Source of the DNA: Haliotis cracherodii
Taxonomy: Eukaryota
Assembly: GCF_022045235.1 (NCBI RefSeq)
Contig: NW_027266343.1
Span: 51,680,134-51,744,133, forward strand
Direction: 5' to 3'
Length of the DNA stretch: 64,000 nt
Below the pieces are notes generated by a model. That model was not told where the DNA came from, did no database searches, and saw only the letters and a program-made list of their open reading frames with translations. Each line of letters begins with the position of its first letter. The first letter of the stretch is position 1. The position numbers and the translations under genes were made by a program. Shown piece by piece: positions 48,311 to 60,535 of this stretch.

Positions 48311-49239
48311 CCTAAGATTGCTTTGTGGAACGGGGCCCTGGTGTCAGGCTACAGAACATGAATGTCACTGCCTCAGATTCTATTCTCATATTCCTGTGTG
48401 TCCCTGGTCCACGAGATTGGGAAACCACACTACAGTCCATACCGTCAAATCACGGTGAAAAGTTTTAGTGACTGCCGTTAATTTTAGTTTACAGTCTTCT
48501 TAAATACCATTTCAGTCACACGGATAATTCAGCAACAGCCATTTACTCCTGACCCAAGCAATCTAACATAACATGTTTCGAACTCACAGCTTAGATACAG
48601 TTCAACCAAGATCTAATACATAACAACTTCTGGAAATCGACTCAGATATCAGGACTATTCACGAGTTTCATAAAATTGGTATTACATGGGAGCGAGTTTA
48701 GTATTTTATTTATTACTTGCCGCTTATATAAAAAAGAAATTCACTATCGTTTGTGAATAGGCCTATATCGACGGAATCAACAGCATGATACTATTGAGTT
48801 TAACAGAATCATTCTTCAAACACGTCAAAAGTTGACACGTAATGCCATACAGTGAACAACTTTTAGAAATCAGGATTCCGTTCCACAAAGCTATCGTAAC
48901 GCTTAGGTGATCGTAACCTATAGACTTAGGGCTGTCTGAGCTTTACTATCGCCTTGTAGAACGGGGCCCTGCATCACAAACTCGTCACAATACCCTAAGA
49001 CGTATTTGTCAAATTTTGTCGGCGAAACAATACCATGTGACATCAGCCCTGCAACAGCGTTGCTCGGGTCATCGAGTGTGTACAAGCTGTCATCTGTGCA
49101 CGCAATGTCGTTGAAAAGCCGAGTGATGTTGGGAGTTGTTAGTGAAACTTGTTCCCGCAGTACATAAGGACACGCTTTGGTATAACATAATGTGTAATCC
49201 AGCTGTATGTTTATTTAACGGGTGATCTCGGCGGGTAAT

Positions 49240-49520
49240 AAATAAAGATATTGTATATCATGAGTGTGTAACGCGGGGCTTTATGTCGTATATCATGTGT
49301 ATGTGGAGTAGGAGAGTATGCATTATGGATTGTATTTATTATTATACACTTTATAATGTGTATATGGTGTAGGAGCGTATATATAAGAATACGCTACACA
49401 ATGTATATGTGGCGTAGAAGTGTGTATATTAGAATATGCTATATTATGTTTATGTGGAGAAGGTGTGTATGTATTCGTATATGATATATCGTGTATGTGA
49501 CGAAGGAATGCATATTTATA
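49240..49520. repeat. Degenerate array related to the 45-bp satellite (units with GTGTATAT..TAG.ATA.GCTATAT)
   Basis: gtgtatatggtgtaggagcgtatatataagaatacgctacacaatgtatatgtggcgtagaagtgtgtatattagaatatgctatattatg. Confidence 0.6.
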
Positions 49521-50454
49521 CAATAACCCACGAGGTACAAGTGATTACGGAAAATATGTCACGAGTGAAATTAATGTTTAAGTTGCGAGCTTTAGCTTTA
49601 GTCATGATTAATCACTCGTACCGAGTGGGCTATTCTATTTATCACCCATAATCATAATGAAGACGTTTCAAGGAAAACAAACTGTCGCCGATCAAGAATC
49701 AGCCCTTTTGTATCAATCCGCGTTTGAAAAAAACAATGTCCACTCACTCCAATCGCATTACTCACTTAACGTGTTGTTACGCGTGACAAATATAGTTATG
49801 TTAAAAAACTATAAAGATCACCTTATTGCAGTTGTATTTCTGTCTGAATCACAGAGTGTACACTATCTAGCATTGATCAAGAAGACAAGTTTCCAAAAAG
49901 GTTCATCGGGTTTTTTAATCATGGCTTGCTTTAACAAGATCTCGTCACTGACAGACAGCCGCCGCCGTGCATCAGCATCGAATTTGAACCGTCTGATTTG
50001 CATGCCGAAATGATAAATTTGCAAAGAATAATGTTTAGTTGCACCTTTCCTGTGTCATTAACGCTCATGGTGTCTGGACGTCAGTCAGCCTGCATACTAC
50101 TCAGTGCCATTCTGTGCTGACGTCGCGGTTACAAAAACGTATACATTGTATACTAAACCGCAAAAGAAACGTTACTCCAAGTAACATTGTATGAAAAGTT
50201 GTCATTTAAATATCTGGGAATTTTTTGTCAAAGTTTCTAAAATTTAGTATTACCTTGTCCGGAAAAATGAAATTTGATGATAAAAATGCAAAGCAGATGA
50301 CAATAAAACCGATCGCCCAAACGCATCACGGCAACGTCCATGGTATTCCGATGCACGTTCCGTGTAAATTGAAATGCACATGCGTTCCCCCATTTCTTGC
50401 CCTTTTAAAATCCACCCAGATCGGATAACATTCAATCGATATTGAATTGCTACA

Positions 50455-50924
50455 ATATGCCAAGATTGTCAAGAAATCAGCGACACCAAGCCCTTGAACG
50501 ATTGCAAGCTGGACAAACCGCAAGTTGCCAATGCATTTCAAGTCCACGTAAGGACCATACACAGGCTCCAGCAACTGTACCAGACCGCCAACACTACAGA
50601 TGCCCGACCACGTAGTGGAAGACCAAGGGTCACCACCCGACGTCAGACTGTGCGACAGCATCTTCAAGTTCGCTTTGTTACTGCTGCGTAACTGCTCGAC
50701 AGACCATGGAGACACACCAGCGACACATTAGTGCGGATACCGTGCGTCGACGATTGACATGCAGACATCTCCACTGTCACAGGCCAAACCGAGGACCAAT
50801 TCTGACACCATGTCATCGCCGGGACCGTCTTCAGTGGGCAACACAGCACCAGCATTGGCGCCAGCAGCAGTGGAGAAGAGTCCTCTTCTCAGAAGAGAGC
50901 CATTACTGTATCTCAACAGCAGAT

Positions 50925-50968
<44 letters not shown>

Positions 50969-51500
50969 AAGAGAGAGTCTGGCGACGCCGTGGGGAACGT
51001 TATTCGGATGCTTGTGTTGTTGAGAGAGACTCGCGGGGTGGTCTGAGCATCGTGGTGTGGGGTGGAATTGAACTTGAACAGAGGGTCGGCCCTGTGGTCT
51101 TCCAGAACATCGGTCTAGGGAGAGGCAATGGTGTCCCAGCAGCTCGGTACATTGACCAAGCCTTGAGACCACACGCCATACCTCATTTGGCACGTCGCTG
51201 CAACCACGAGTTTCAGCATGATAACGCATGTGCCCACATTGCGAGAGCAACAAGATACTTCATCCAGCTGAATGGCATCAGAACCATGCTGTGGCCTGCC
51301 CTCAGTCCCGATTTAATTCCCATTGAGAATCTGTGGGACGAGATTCAAAGACGACTGAATGACGTCCGACCAAGGCCGACAACTACAGCTGAACTGCGTC
51401 ATTGGTTCCTCAGAGTGTGGGCTCAAGTGCCTATGGCCTTTATCAACCACCTCATCCATTCCATGTATCGACGTTGCACTGCACACAAGATACTGACTTT
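50455..51500 (+). mobile_element. Tc1-like transposase element, pseudogene, disrupted by frameshifts and an internal (GA)n microsatellite
   Basis: MPRLSRNQRHQALERLQAGQTA... (HTH), ...WRRVLFSEESHYCISTADGRER... (first D region), ...GGLSIVVWGGIELEQR...FQHDNACAHIARATRYF...WPALSPDLIPIENLWDEIQRRL... (DDE region). Confidence 0.85.
50925..50985. repeat. (GA)n microsatellite of about 30 units inside the Tc1 coding region
   Basis: gagagagagagagagagagagagagagagagagagagagcaagagagag. Confidence 0.95.
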
Positions 51501-52127
51501 TGTGATGCCATTTTCTCAGAGATTAGTGTTGTGTTTCACTTCAAGAACATTTGACACTTTAATTTCAACCTTGATGATCAGCTATGCCAAGTTTCATCTT
51601 TTTAATATGTCTCAAAGTATGTTTACAGTGTTTGGACAAATAAGGTTTCTCATATATCTATCCATGGTGACGTTTCTTTTGCGGTTCAGTATATAAACAA
51701 GTCTCACAACGTTCTTATTTCTTCATACAACGTTACAACGAAATGGCTAGACATGCTACGTGACGAGGGTCTGACACATTCATAACAGTATCCGGAAATA
51801 CATCGTGGCAGCATGCTGTGGCTCTAAGGATGATCTGAATAAAACCTACAAAAGCAATTTTGTACGACTCCGAATATATCATGCCCATGTGTTTATGACT
51901 CACTATAGTGATGATACCAGGTGTTCGCGTATCATACCTCACCGGTGGCACCTGTAAAACGGAAGTCAACCATCTTGTCATATGGTCATGTGGAAAGATT
52001 TTTATGACTCTGAATCGTTATGCACAGATCTAAATATGAAACATACGAGACAGCCTCACTGGTCTCCTTATTGTTAGTTGGTACGTTAGTGAAAGGGTAT
52101 TGTCCGTTTGACTGCTTTTGAACGATA

Positions 52128-52527
52128 TCAGATCATCTTCTTGGTCAAATTCCCTTGGTTTGACTTTGACAATCCGAGCTGTGTACGCTGAAACAGATCA
52201 GCAAGAAATGGAGCAAATTTGGTGCAGCTGGGTCTAAATGTATTTTCCTCAAATGTCACATCTACGTTATCAATGAGGAAGTCCAGTGTTTCACATATTG
52301 TTTTCTCTGTAAACTTCAAATGGCATTGGGAATGAGGATACAGCTACAAACTTTTCATGTCGGACAGCCAGACTGTGGATGACAGCTGGCTGGGACAGAA
52401 TGGGTGTCTCCCAATTCTGTTTCCCTTTTTTCAGTTTGTGCATGCTACCAATGACAATATCATGCACTAACTTAACCCACTCTGAAATACATTCTTTTTG
52501 AAATACATCATTGTTATCAGCGCACAC
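52128..52527 (-). mobile_element. Retroelement reverse-transcriptase fragment
   Basis: Minus-strand peptides ...ICETLDFLIDNVDVTFEENTFRPSCTKFAPFLADLF... (RT motif-like G.P.G..APLLADLF) and ...KLVHDIVIGSMHKLKKG... Confidence 0.5.
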
Positions 52528-53049
52528 AGCACAGTGAATGATGCGCTATACAAATGTATATATTATTATATTTATTATTATTGTTATAATTTCCCCTGAC
52601 CATGACGTATATATCTAGGATTGAAAATAATTTTGAGCTTGGTTATAGAAACATTTAGTTATTTTACTGCTGTTGTTTTTAGATATGAGGATATATGATT
52701 CACTTAACTCATGTTTTTATTACCTTGTTGGAACGTAATTTGGGCATATGTAAACCCCTTGCAATGCTTTACACTTACCCTTTTAACAAAAAAACTTGCT
52801 GTCATCACTGATATTTCACCACTATTTTTCATTTTCATATCATTTTCACCACTATGTTTCCTGTAATGGAATCTGTTTTGGCAGACTGACTATTCTCTAG
52901 ATTTGACATTATATATTTACACCCAGTTTTGAAAATAGTTCATGCATTGTTCACTTGTTTGGTTTATGGTAACGTAGGTATTTCAACGAATACAGACTTC
53001 TTTTTAGCTTCAGCTGCCAAACACTAACGTAATCTAAAACTCAAATGTT

Positions 53050-53630
53050 GATGGTGAAAGTTTCAGCTAGACAACCGAATATGACAATTTTGAAAAATAT
53101 CACTATACATGGGAGTTGCCTTTTTAGTGTTTTTCACAACAATGTCCTGGTTTCTTCGAAAGCCCATGGTAACTCGTGCAATGTGAGGCCTGGTGTTATC
53201 TTACTGGAAAGTCAAAAACGGGTGCAAGGTGACACTGGAGAATTTCCTTTTGGTATGCTAGAACGATAAAGTATTCTTGCACATGTATCAGGTCTGTAGA
53301 ATGATCACGTTGCCGCCTCCGAATCTGTCGACGTCCACAGCAGAGAGTTTGTTACAAAACGCTCATGTCTTGGCCTGTAAACATGTGTTCTTTCTTGCTG
53401 GCAGGTTCAGCATAACACGTTAAACCCCAACGCCACTGGTTCAGATTCCAGTTTTGAACGTCAGCACACCACACAACGCGTAAATGCCATTGATGTCACA
53501 ATATGGCACCAACATGCGGTCTCCTTGCTCGAAGTCCATTTTCACGCAATCGATTGCGGATTCTCTGTGCTGACACCCTACGTAAAGCAGTGCCATTGGC
53601 GGCTGTTTCTGTTGCTTAACACTCAATTAC
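53050..53630 (-). mobile_element. Tc1/mariner-like transposase fragment, degenerate
   Basis: The reverse-complement translation gives ...VDVDRFGGGNVII... and ...QDNTRPHIARVTMGF..., which are catalytic-core motifs (GGGS.M.WG and DNA.PH). Confidence 0.45.
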
Positions 53631-54117
53631 CCGGAGTTGTAGACTTCACGTCGATCCAAGTTGACTAAAATGGAATAACCGGGGCTGCAATTGTAGACTT
53701 AGCGTGGGTCCAAGCTGACTCAAGTAACATACTCAGAGATGCAGTTGTCAACTTCTTGTTGGTCTAGACTTCTTGTTGGTCTAACGTCCGACTGCGATGT
53801 TTCGAAATTCAGGTTGTAGTGTTGGTAAACTGCTATGTGTAGGTTCCAAAATTGAAACAATATGTTAACCCAGAAATCTGTACATTAATGAAACCAACAA
53901 ACAACCCAAAAGTGGTAAACAATCAACAACATTCACTAGGTTTACAAATCAGTAAACATTACTGCACAGCAATTACAATGGCAGTAAACAATAGAGCGTT
54001 AGTACTATATATAATGGCAATATTAAATATGATGGCAGTTGTCAGTATCAAATACACAAATACAGTGGTGGTACACAGCCATGTAACAAAATGCGATAAG
54101 AGACAAACACTTTTAGA

Positions 54118-54298
54118 CTACAGTAAACTACGGTTATAACGAACACGCTTATAACGAACTGACGGATACAACGAACTTATTTTTTGGTCCCGACTACTTG
54201 CTGTAGTTATGCTGTATATGTACTTATAACGAACTACGGTTATAACGAACTTAAATTAGTAGTCCCTTTGAGTTCGTTATAACCGTAGTTTACTGTAC
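54118..54298. mobile_element. Small hairpin (MITE-like) element with perfect 27-bp terminal inverted repeats
   Basis: ACAGTAAACTACGGTTATAACGAACNC ... GAGTTCGTTATAACCGTAGTTTACTGT. The internal region carries further copies of cttataacgaac. Confidence 0.6.
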
Positions 54299-54935
54299 AT
54301 CCTTTTATACCAAAGAAAGCAACTGATTACTTCCGTAGCAGTGACTTCGTGCGTATTGCTTTCCACAATATGTTTACTCTTTTTTTTAGAAAATAACAAC
54401 GTTGTAAAAGTAAAATGGTGTACTTGTGAAATTCGGTGCTATTTTGGTAAAGTAAACGACATTTCTACAAACTACTACACAGTATTTAATGAATCTGCGT
54501 GGAAAACAACTATATAAAAGGTAGTACGAGGGCTGGTCAAAACGTTCTAAGCATTACAAACAAAACCAACAATTATGAAACTATTTTTAACTTTATTTAA
54601 CGTTAACTTATTTACTTTTTTAACATATTCTCCCTGCTTTTTACAATACACCTCTCAATTCGATAGAGGAGCTTTTCCATTCCAGTCAGGAAGAGGGTTT
54701 CTGAAGCTTCCCTGAAAAACCCATTCACGGCAGCTTTGAGGTCATCGTTGTCGTCATAGCGTTCTCCACGGAGGTGTTCTTTCAGTTTAGGAAACAGGTG
54801 GAAATCACTTTGTGAAACGATGTAATTAAAAACACTTTCACAATTGTTGGTTTTGTTTTGTTAAGCTTAAAACTTTTTGACCATCAGGAGATACCAGGTG
54901 TGATCATAAAATTATGATTTGGAATATCTCGAAGC

Positions 54936-55685
54936 TTGAACATGTCACTGTGTGTGTTGGGGTATTTTCTAACATGGCTATGGATCCGACGTGTGTATAC
55001 ATGGCATACTGTGTGTTCTAGAGTATTTTATAACATGGCTCTTTATCCGACGTGTGTATACGAGCCATACAGCGAGTGTGTTGGGTCATTTTATTATATT
55101 TCTGTTTCCGACGAGTGTATACAAGGGACATTCTGTGTGTTTTAAGGCATTTTATAACTCGGCTATGTATTCGACGTGTGTATACATGACATCCTGTGTG
55201 TGTTGGGGTATGTTATAACATGGCTATGTATCCGCCGTGTGTATACATAGCATGCTGCGTGTGTGTTTAGGGTAATTTTATAACTTGGCAAATGTATCCG
55301 ACGTGTGTATACATGGCATACTGTGTGTGTTGGGGTATTTTATAGCATGGCTCTTTCTCGGACGTGTGTATATATGGCATACTGTGTGTGTGTGTGTTTG
55401 GCTATTTTGTAACATGGTGAAAATGTATCCGAAGTGTGTAGATATAGCATACTGTGTGAGGGTATTGATCTATCCGACACGTGATTTCGTGGCACACAGT
55501 GTGTGTTTTATCGTTTTTTATAACATGGCTCTTTATCCGACGTGTGTATATGTGATACAGTGTGTGTTGGGGCATGTTACAACATAGCTATGTGGCTACA
55601 TGGCATACTGCGTGTGCATGTGTGTGTTTTAGGGTATGTTATAACATGGCTATGTATCCAACGAGTGTATACATGAAAAACTATG

Positions 55686-55717
<32 letters not shown>

Positions 55718-55860
55718 TGTGTTTGTGTGTGAGTGACGGTATTTTATAACATGGCGATATATCCGATGTGTCTATACATGGCACACAGCGTTTGTTTATG
55801 TATTTGATAACATTGTTATGTTTCAGAGGTGTGTATACATGGCAAACTGTGTGAGTCTTG
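54936..55860. repeat. Satellite with a unit of about 66 bp (…ACATGGCTATGTATCCGACGTGTGTATACATGGCATACTGTGTGTGTTGGGGTATTTTATA…), about 13 copies
   Basis: Periodicity is visible. The ORF-track ORFs at 54936-55587 are repeat artefacts. Confidence 0.85.
55680..55722. repeat. (GCGT)n microsatellite within the 66-bp satellite
   Basis: gtgcgtgcgtgcgtgcgtgcgtgcgtgcgtgcgtgtgtttgtgtg. Confidence 0.9.
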
Positions 55861-56273
55861 CCTTTTACACCCAGTGAAATATGTTTCAGCAGATAATCGA
55901 GCCTGATTATTCTCTAGCGTTGATGATTTATGTAGTAAAAGGGTCATCATTGAATGATTATTATATCAATATTCAGGCGCTATCTATGGAAATTGAGAAT
56001 CAAATTTAGTGATGCTCGTATTATCAAAACTTCCTTGATACTGAAGTTTACAATTATCAAGATAATAATAATAATATGTTGAGTCATTTGTACGATTCCA
56101 TTAATATCATGAAATCATTATCAAACAGTGATGATACCACGTGTTCGCGAAAAGGTAAGCGTATCCTGTCCCATCGCTCGTACCTGGTCAAGCAAAAAGA
56201 CGAGAAAACAAGCTGTTGTTCATGTGTAAATCATAATAGTATTTTCAGGTGACATTGGTGTTCACTAAACACT

Positions 56274-56520
56274 TAGCCCGTGAAGATTCCGTGGTAGAAT
56301 AGGTCTTCAGCAACCCATGCTTGTCGTAAAAGGGTGGTCAGGCTCGCTGACTTGGTTGATGCATGTCATCGATCCCAATTGCGTGGATCGATGCTCATGA
56401 TATCAATCACTGGATTGTCTGGTCCATACTCGATTATTTACAGACCGACATCATATAGCTGGAATATTGCTGAGTGCGGCGTTAAACAACAAACCAACCA
56501 ACCGACCAAATCAATAAACA
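56274..56520 (+). mobile_element. SINE family B, full-length with 5' head and target-site duplication
   Basis: cccgtgaagattccgtggtagaataggtcttcagcaacccatgcttgtcgtaaaagggtggtcaggctcgctgacttgg...ctggaatattgctgagtgcggcgttaaacaacaaaccaaccaaccgaccaaatc, flanked by AAACACTTAG on both sides. Confidence 0.85.
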
Positions 56521-57299
56521 CTTAGAAAGGTTTTGTAAATATTCATAGTGATAGCCCCATTCTGTGAAGACACATACTTTTTGTTGTACATTGTTTCTGT
56601 GTAGTGAGATTGTTGAATTTAGGTGAGAATATTGTAGTATCCAGAGACTTCTTACGTTGGAATGTCTTCTCTAGAGCATGCTGTTTCTTGTGTTACACAA
56701 GATATTGTTTAGGGAAAGGAAATCAATAATGCTACTGAATCAGACATGAAATGTGAACAAAGAGGATAGCGATCCAGATTATGTACCTGAGGAGTACAGA
56801 GAAAGATCCAGAATCGAGTAACGAAAATTAAAATCAGAAAAACATGCAAGACGGTCAACACTGAAGAGATGTAAAAATGATTGGCACAGATACAGATAAA
56901 TGTAAATAGGTGAAAGGGAAATCGGCCAGCCTTGTACTTGCAAGAATAACTGTTCTGAAAAATTTGGAGCTGTTTTTGTTTAAAGAATCTTCCAAAAATT
57001 GTGTGAACATGCAGATGATACAACAGGATACATGCTTATTTACACCCGTGAAAAGGCGGAGGGCGACGACTTATGAGAGGTGAATTACAGGCAAGATTCC
57101 TACACATATTGTGTGAGGCAGAAAGTTGGCAACTTGTTCGAAGTCTGTTCACAGGCCTTTAGGAACACCCCTGCCATTGGAAAGTGCATTTTTGAGCAAC
57201 TTAGTAAATAAACTGCAGCGAATGGTGGGAGTGAGAGACATACCCTGAAACAGAACGTTGAGGCCCATTTCACTCCCATCACGCCAATCACTACTATCA

Positions 57300-57740
57300 C
57301 TAGTTGATAATTCGGAGACCGTGAATCAGACTTAAAATCTCCCTCAATGACGCTTTTTCATCAGGGCAGACTGAAAACATCAACTGAACTAAAGAGAGAA
57401 AATGAAATGCACCATATAAATGCTGACTCCTGTTTTGATCTGGATGAAAAACACAGATGCTTATCCTTTGATTGTCAACAAAATCTCCCCCTTTCAGACA
57501 TTTCAGAATGTGTAGGTGTACAATTTTGGACTGCATGATTTAAAAACTGGGGATGGAATAATGTATTTGTGGAGTGAAACAGATGCCAAACGAGGTAAAT
57601 CAGATGTGATTTCTTGTCTGAAAGCATCCGGTTTATGTAGACATAGAACTGCATCACATAGTGTGCTCCTCAGTGATAGCTGTGTAGCTCAAAAACAAGA
57701 ACTTAGATACGGTTACCTTACTAGCATCTCTTGTCCATGA
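57300..57740 (+). mobile_element. Fragment of an unidentified transposon-like ORF family
   Basis: Frame-shifted peptides ...CFDLDEKHRCLSFDCQQNLPLSDISECV... and ...LHDLKTGDGIMYLWSETDAKRGKSDVISCLK... resemble widespread invertebrate repeated 'uncharacterised' proteins (motifs …DLQQ.LP.P…, …Y.WHE..A.RG..EI.SCL…). I cannot assign a superfamily. Confidence 0.3.
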
Positions 57741-57789
57741 AGGGCATTATTCTAATATTGATCTTCCTAGTTCGTCGTTATACCTTCCG

Positions 57790-58020
57790 ACCCGTGAAGA
57801 TCCGGGATAGAATTGGTCTTCAGCAACCCGTAAAAGGCGACTATGCTTGTCGTAAAAGGCGACTAACGGGATCGGGTGGTCAGGCTCTCTGACTTGGTTG
57901 ATGCATGTCATCAATCCCAATTGCGTGGATCGATGCTCGTGATATTAAGCACTGGAGTGTCTGGTCCAGACTTGATTATTTAAAGTTCGGCGTTAAACAA
58001 CAAACCAGCTAACCAACCAA
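57790..58020 (+). mobile_element. SINE family B copy with target-site duplication, and an internal deletion near the 3' module
   Basis: ccgtgaagatccgggatagaattggtcttcagcaacccg...gggtggtcaggctctctgacttggttgatgcatgtcatcaatcccaattgcgtggatcgatgctcgtg..., flanked by CGTTATACCTTCCG on both sides. Confidence 0.85.
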
Positions 58021-60051
58021 CGTTATACCTTCCGGGAGTTTGCTCTTATTTAAAAGGCAAAGCGTGGATTCACTCCAGTGGTCCCCGAGGACTACGAAGT
58101 CCTTGTTCAGTGATCTAGGAGCAGGACCATTTTCGAGTTAAGATTGATGCTCATGACATGATCAGCGACTATAAAACCCAAGCTTATGATGACACATTAT
58201 CATCATAGATGGGTCAGGGATGCCATTTGGCTGTCCTACGGATTCAGCGAAGAGGTAGACCCATTACCTTGAGGGACAACAGCAGCCTCTCATCCTTCTC
58301 AGGTATATACAGAGCGAAGTTGAGCCTTGGAAAAAAATCATTCTCAAATAGAGGTGCTTCGCTTGATCATGATCACATAAATTTCCCTTCAAAGTATACC
58401 ATCAACTCATCAAAGACCCCAATCAGTCATTATCATTTTGATTATATAACTGGCTTCATCCTTCTGTTTATATTTCCGACTTCGCCGGTCAATATGTTTA
58501 CTACCCTTTTGTGTACATAACAGATTTCTCCACTCCAGTGTAACTACATCTACTCTTCTGAATAAACACTGCCTCCTACCTGTATACATACTTGTCAACC
58601 ATACTCTGTACATCACATGCTTGATAGTGGTGTTAGAACCTACACCGAAACGTCGCTCATAATTGTAATAAAGAAGTTGTTCACCCATAAATCTTATCCT
58701 TACTTAATATGATACATGTTTCAGAAGATATGAGATTTCTGATAATTATTCATATTGGATTATGTATATTACTTCTATTATTGTTCGTCGGAAATACTTC
58801 TACACTGACAGGGTAATTAATTCAGTGGAATCGTGTTTGACTTCGTGAAATATTTATCCTGCCAGTTTTACAATATCATTTGAATAAAAGTCACTGTCAC
58901 ATAAGGAATAATTCATAGAAGGAATAACATTTTTTATGTCTATTGTACTGGTTTTAGGAAAGGGGATTTCGTGTTTCTTGTAGACGGGAGTCCTTCCTTT
59001 TGTGCAATGTTTAAATTCAGGTGATCAATATTTACTTTAAACGAACTTAAAACGACCCTTAAACGTCACTATTGGAGAATATGTGGTGAGACCCAGAATA
59101 TATATATATTGAATATTTATAATTCAAAGACTTTTCCAACTCCGCACATATCAAGGGGAGTGCTGAGGGAAGACATCTGGTTCTGGGATCTTTTATATGA
59201 TGCTTGTATACACGAACTGGACCTCTTAAACATGTAGTGTGTCTTATGCATCTTTATTCACCACCTTCACATACTATCAAATGAATAATATTTCTGGCGG
59301 GGCAGACCATGCTTGAGCGTACACAGAATCAGCTTTGCCTGCTAAATTGATTCCCACAGTTACCACTGCTGCATCTTGAAACATGAAACTTTGCTGAAAA
59401 TGGCTCAAATTTTTGTAAGTTCCGGCGTTTGCGTGTGCGTTTATGAAATTCACATATTTTATCATTTCGTTCAGCTTTGTGCTTCAATATTATTAAGCAA
59501 CCCCGATTCAGGGGGTTGACTGAAGACACATAAGCGATATTGATTGTCTTATTCTTTTTTTTCCGCACACTGTTATATATTTTGTTATTTCTCTTTTAAC
59601 TCTGATACATACATGTTTCCAATTCTTTAAAAATGAATATATAGTTACAGGCTAATATGTAATCTAAAAGCGAAATGTTTATAAATTTGGAAATTGATAG
59701 ATGCATATGTCAATTTAATAGTCATAGTTCAAATATAATTTTGATTTAACCATAAAATTCATGTACCTATATCGTCACTGTGGATTTATCTCCTATTTGT
59801 ATGCAAGATCGCTTATCTATTTTTGTCTGAACAGGCATATATATCACAGAAGAAAGTTTTTCTTATTGACTTTATAACTGATATCATGATCTCATAATGT
59901 GATGAAGCTTTTATTACTTAAATCCAGAGATCATATATCGGTATATGGTTTCTGCATACATCCTAATATATTTTCCTTGCAAGAGATAAATTATTACTGA
60001 CTATGATGCCTCATAGGCCCATGAGGAGGTCAGTGGATCTGTCTGTATAGG

Positions 60052-60236
60052 TCAGTTAACTTTGTACATGTATACAATCCCTGGAAGGTCAATGAAATAG
60101 TTTGGGACGACGTCAAGTGACACAAGTGTCCACTTTCCTGCTTTTTCTAATGAGTTCATCAGTGGCTCAAGACATTCATTGTATTCCTCCACGTTCACCA
60201 AATATTCTTCTCTCATCACATTGCATATCACTCCGC
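60052..60236 (-). CDS. METTL27: METTL27/WBSCR27-like methyltransferase, terminal coding exon: (G)GVICNVMREEYLVNVEEYNECLEPLMNSLEKAGKWTLVSLDVVPNYFIDLPGIVYMYKVN*
   Basis: The acceptor is cttttacag|gc with phase 1 in. The frame is open to the TGA at 60052-60054. From memory it matches the human METTL27 C-terminus KPGGLVCLTTR...LEATLDSLERAGVWE.LV...VD.WE. Confidence 0.6.
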
Positions 60237-60394
60237 CTGTAAAAGTAAATGCATGATCATCAGTGGCAAATGTAGGATGACTGGCTTTCTCTAGTATCCT
60301 TGACATAGTTTGATACATATATTTGACATTAGAATGCGTCAGTGTTAGCCAATGTATGTATGTTTTTCACATGGGTATATCCTCTCGTTGTTAC

Positions 60395-60487
60395 CTGGTT
60401 TTGTGATCCGGAGAAGTTCCGTTAATCCAGAACAAGGAATATGTCCTTCCCCAAATCCACCACAAACAACAGCACAGTCGTACGTAT
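60395..60487 (-). CDS. METTL27: METTL27-like penultimate coding exon: (x)TYDCAVVCGGFGEGHIPCSGLTELLRITKP(G)
   Basis: The acceptor is tttttcatgccgacag|at and the donor is aaaccag|gtaaca. The motif YD.V.C.G.....HIP...L.EL.R.TKPGG is the post-motif-II region of a class-I SAM methyltransferase. The intron is 158 bp. Upstream exons were not found in the window. Confidence 0.55.
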
Positions 60488-60535
60488 CTGTCGGCATGAA
60501 AAATAGAACACATTATATATCTTAAATACTTTGAA

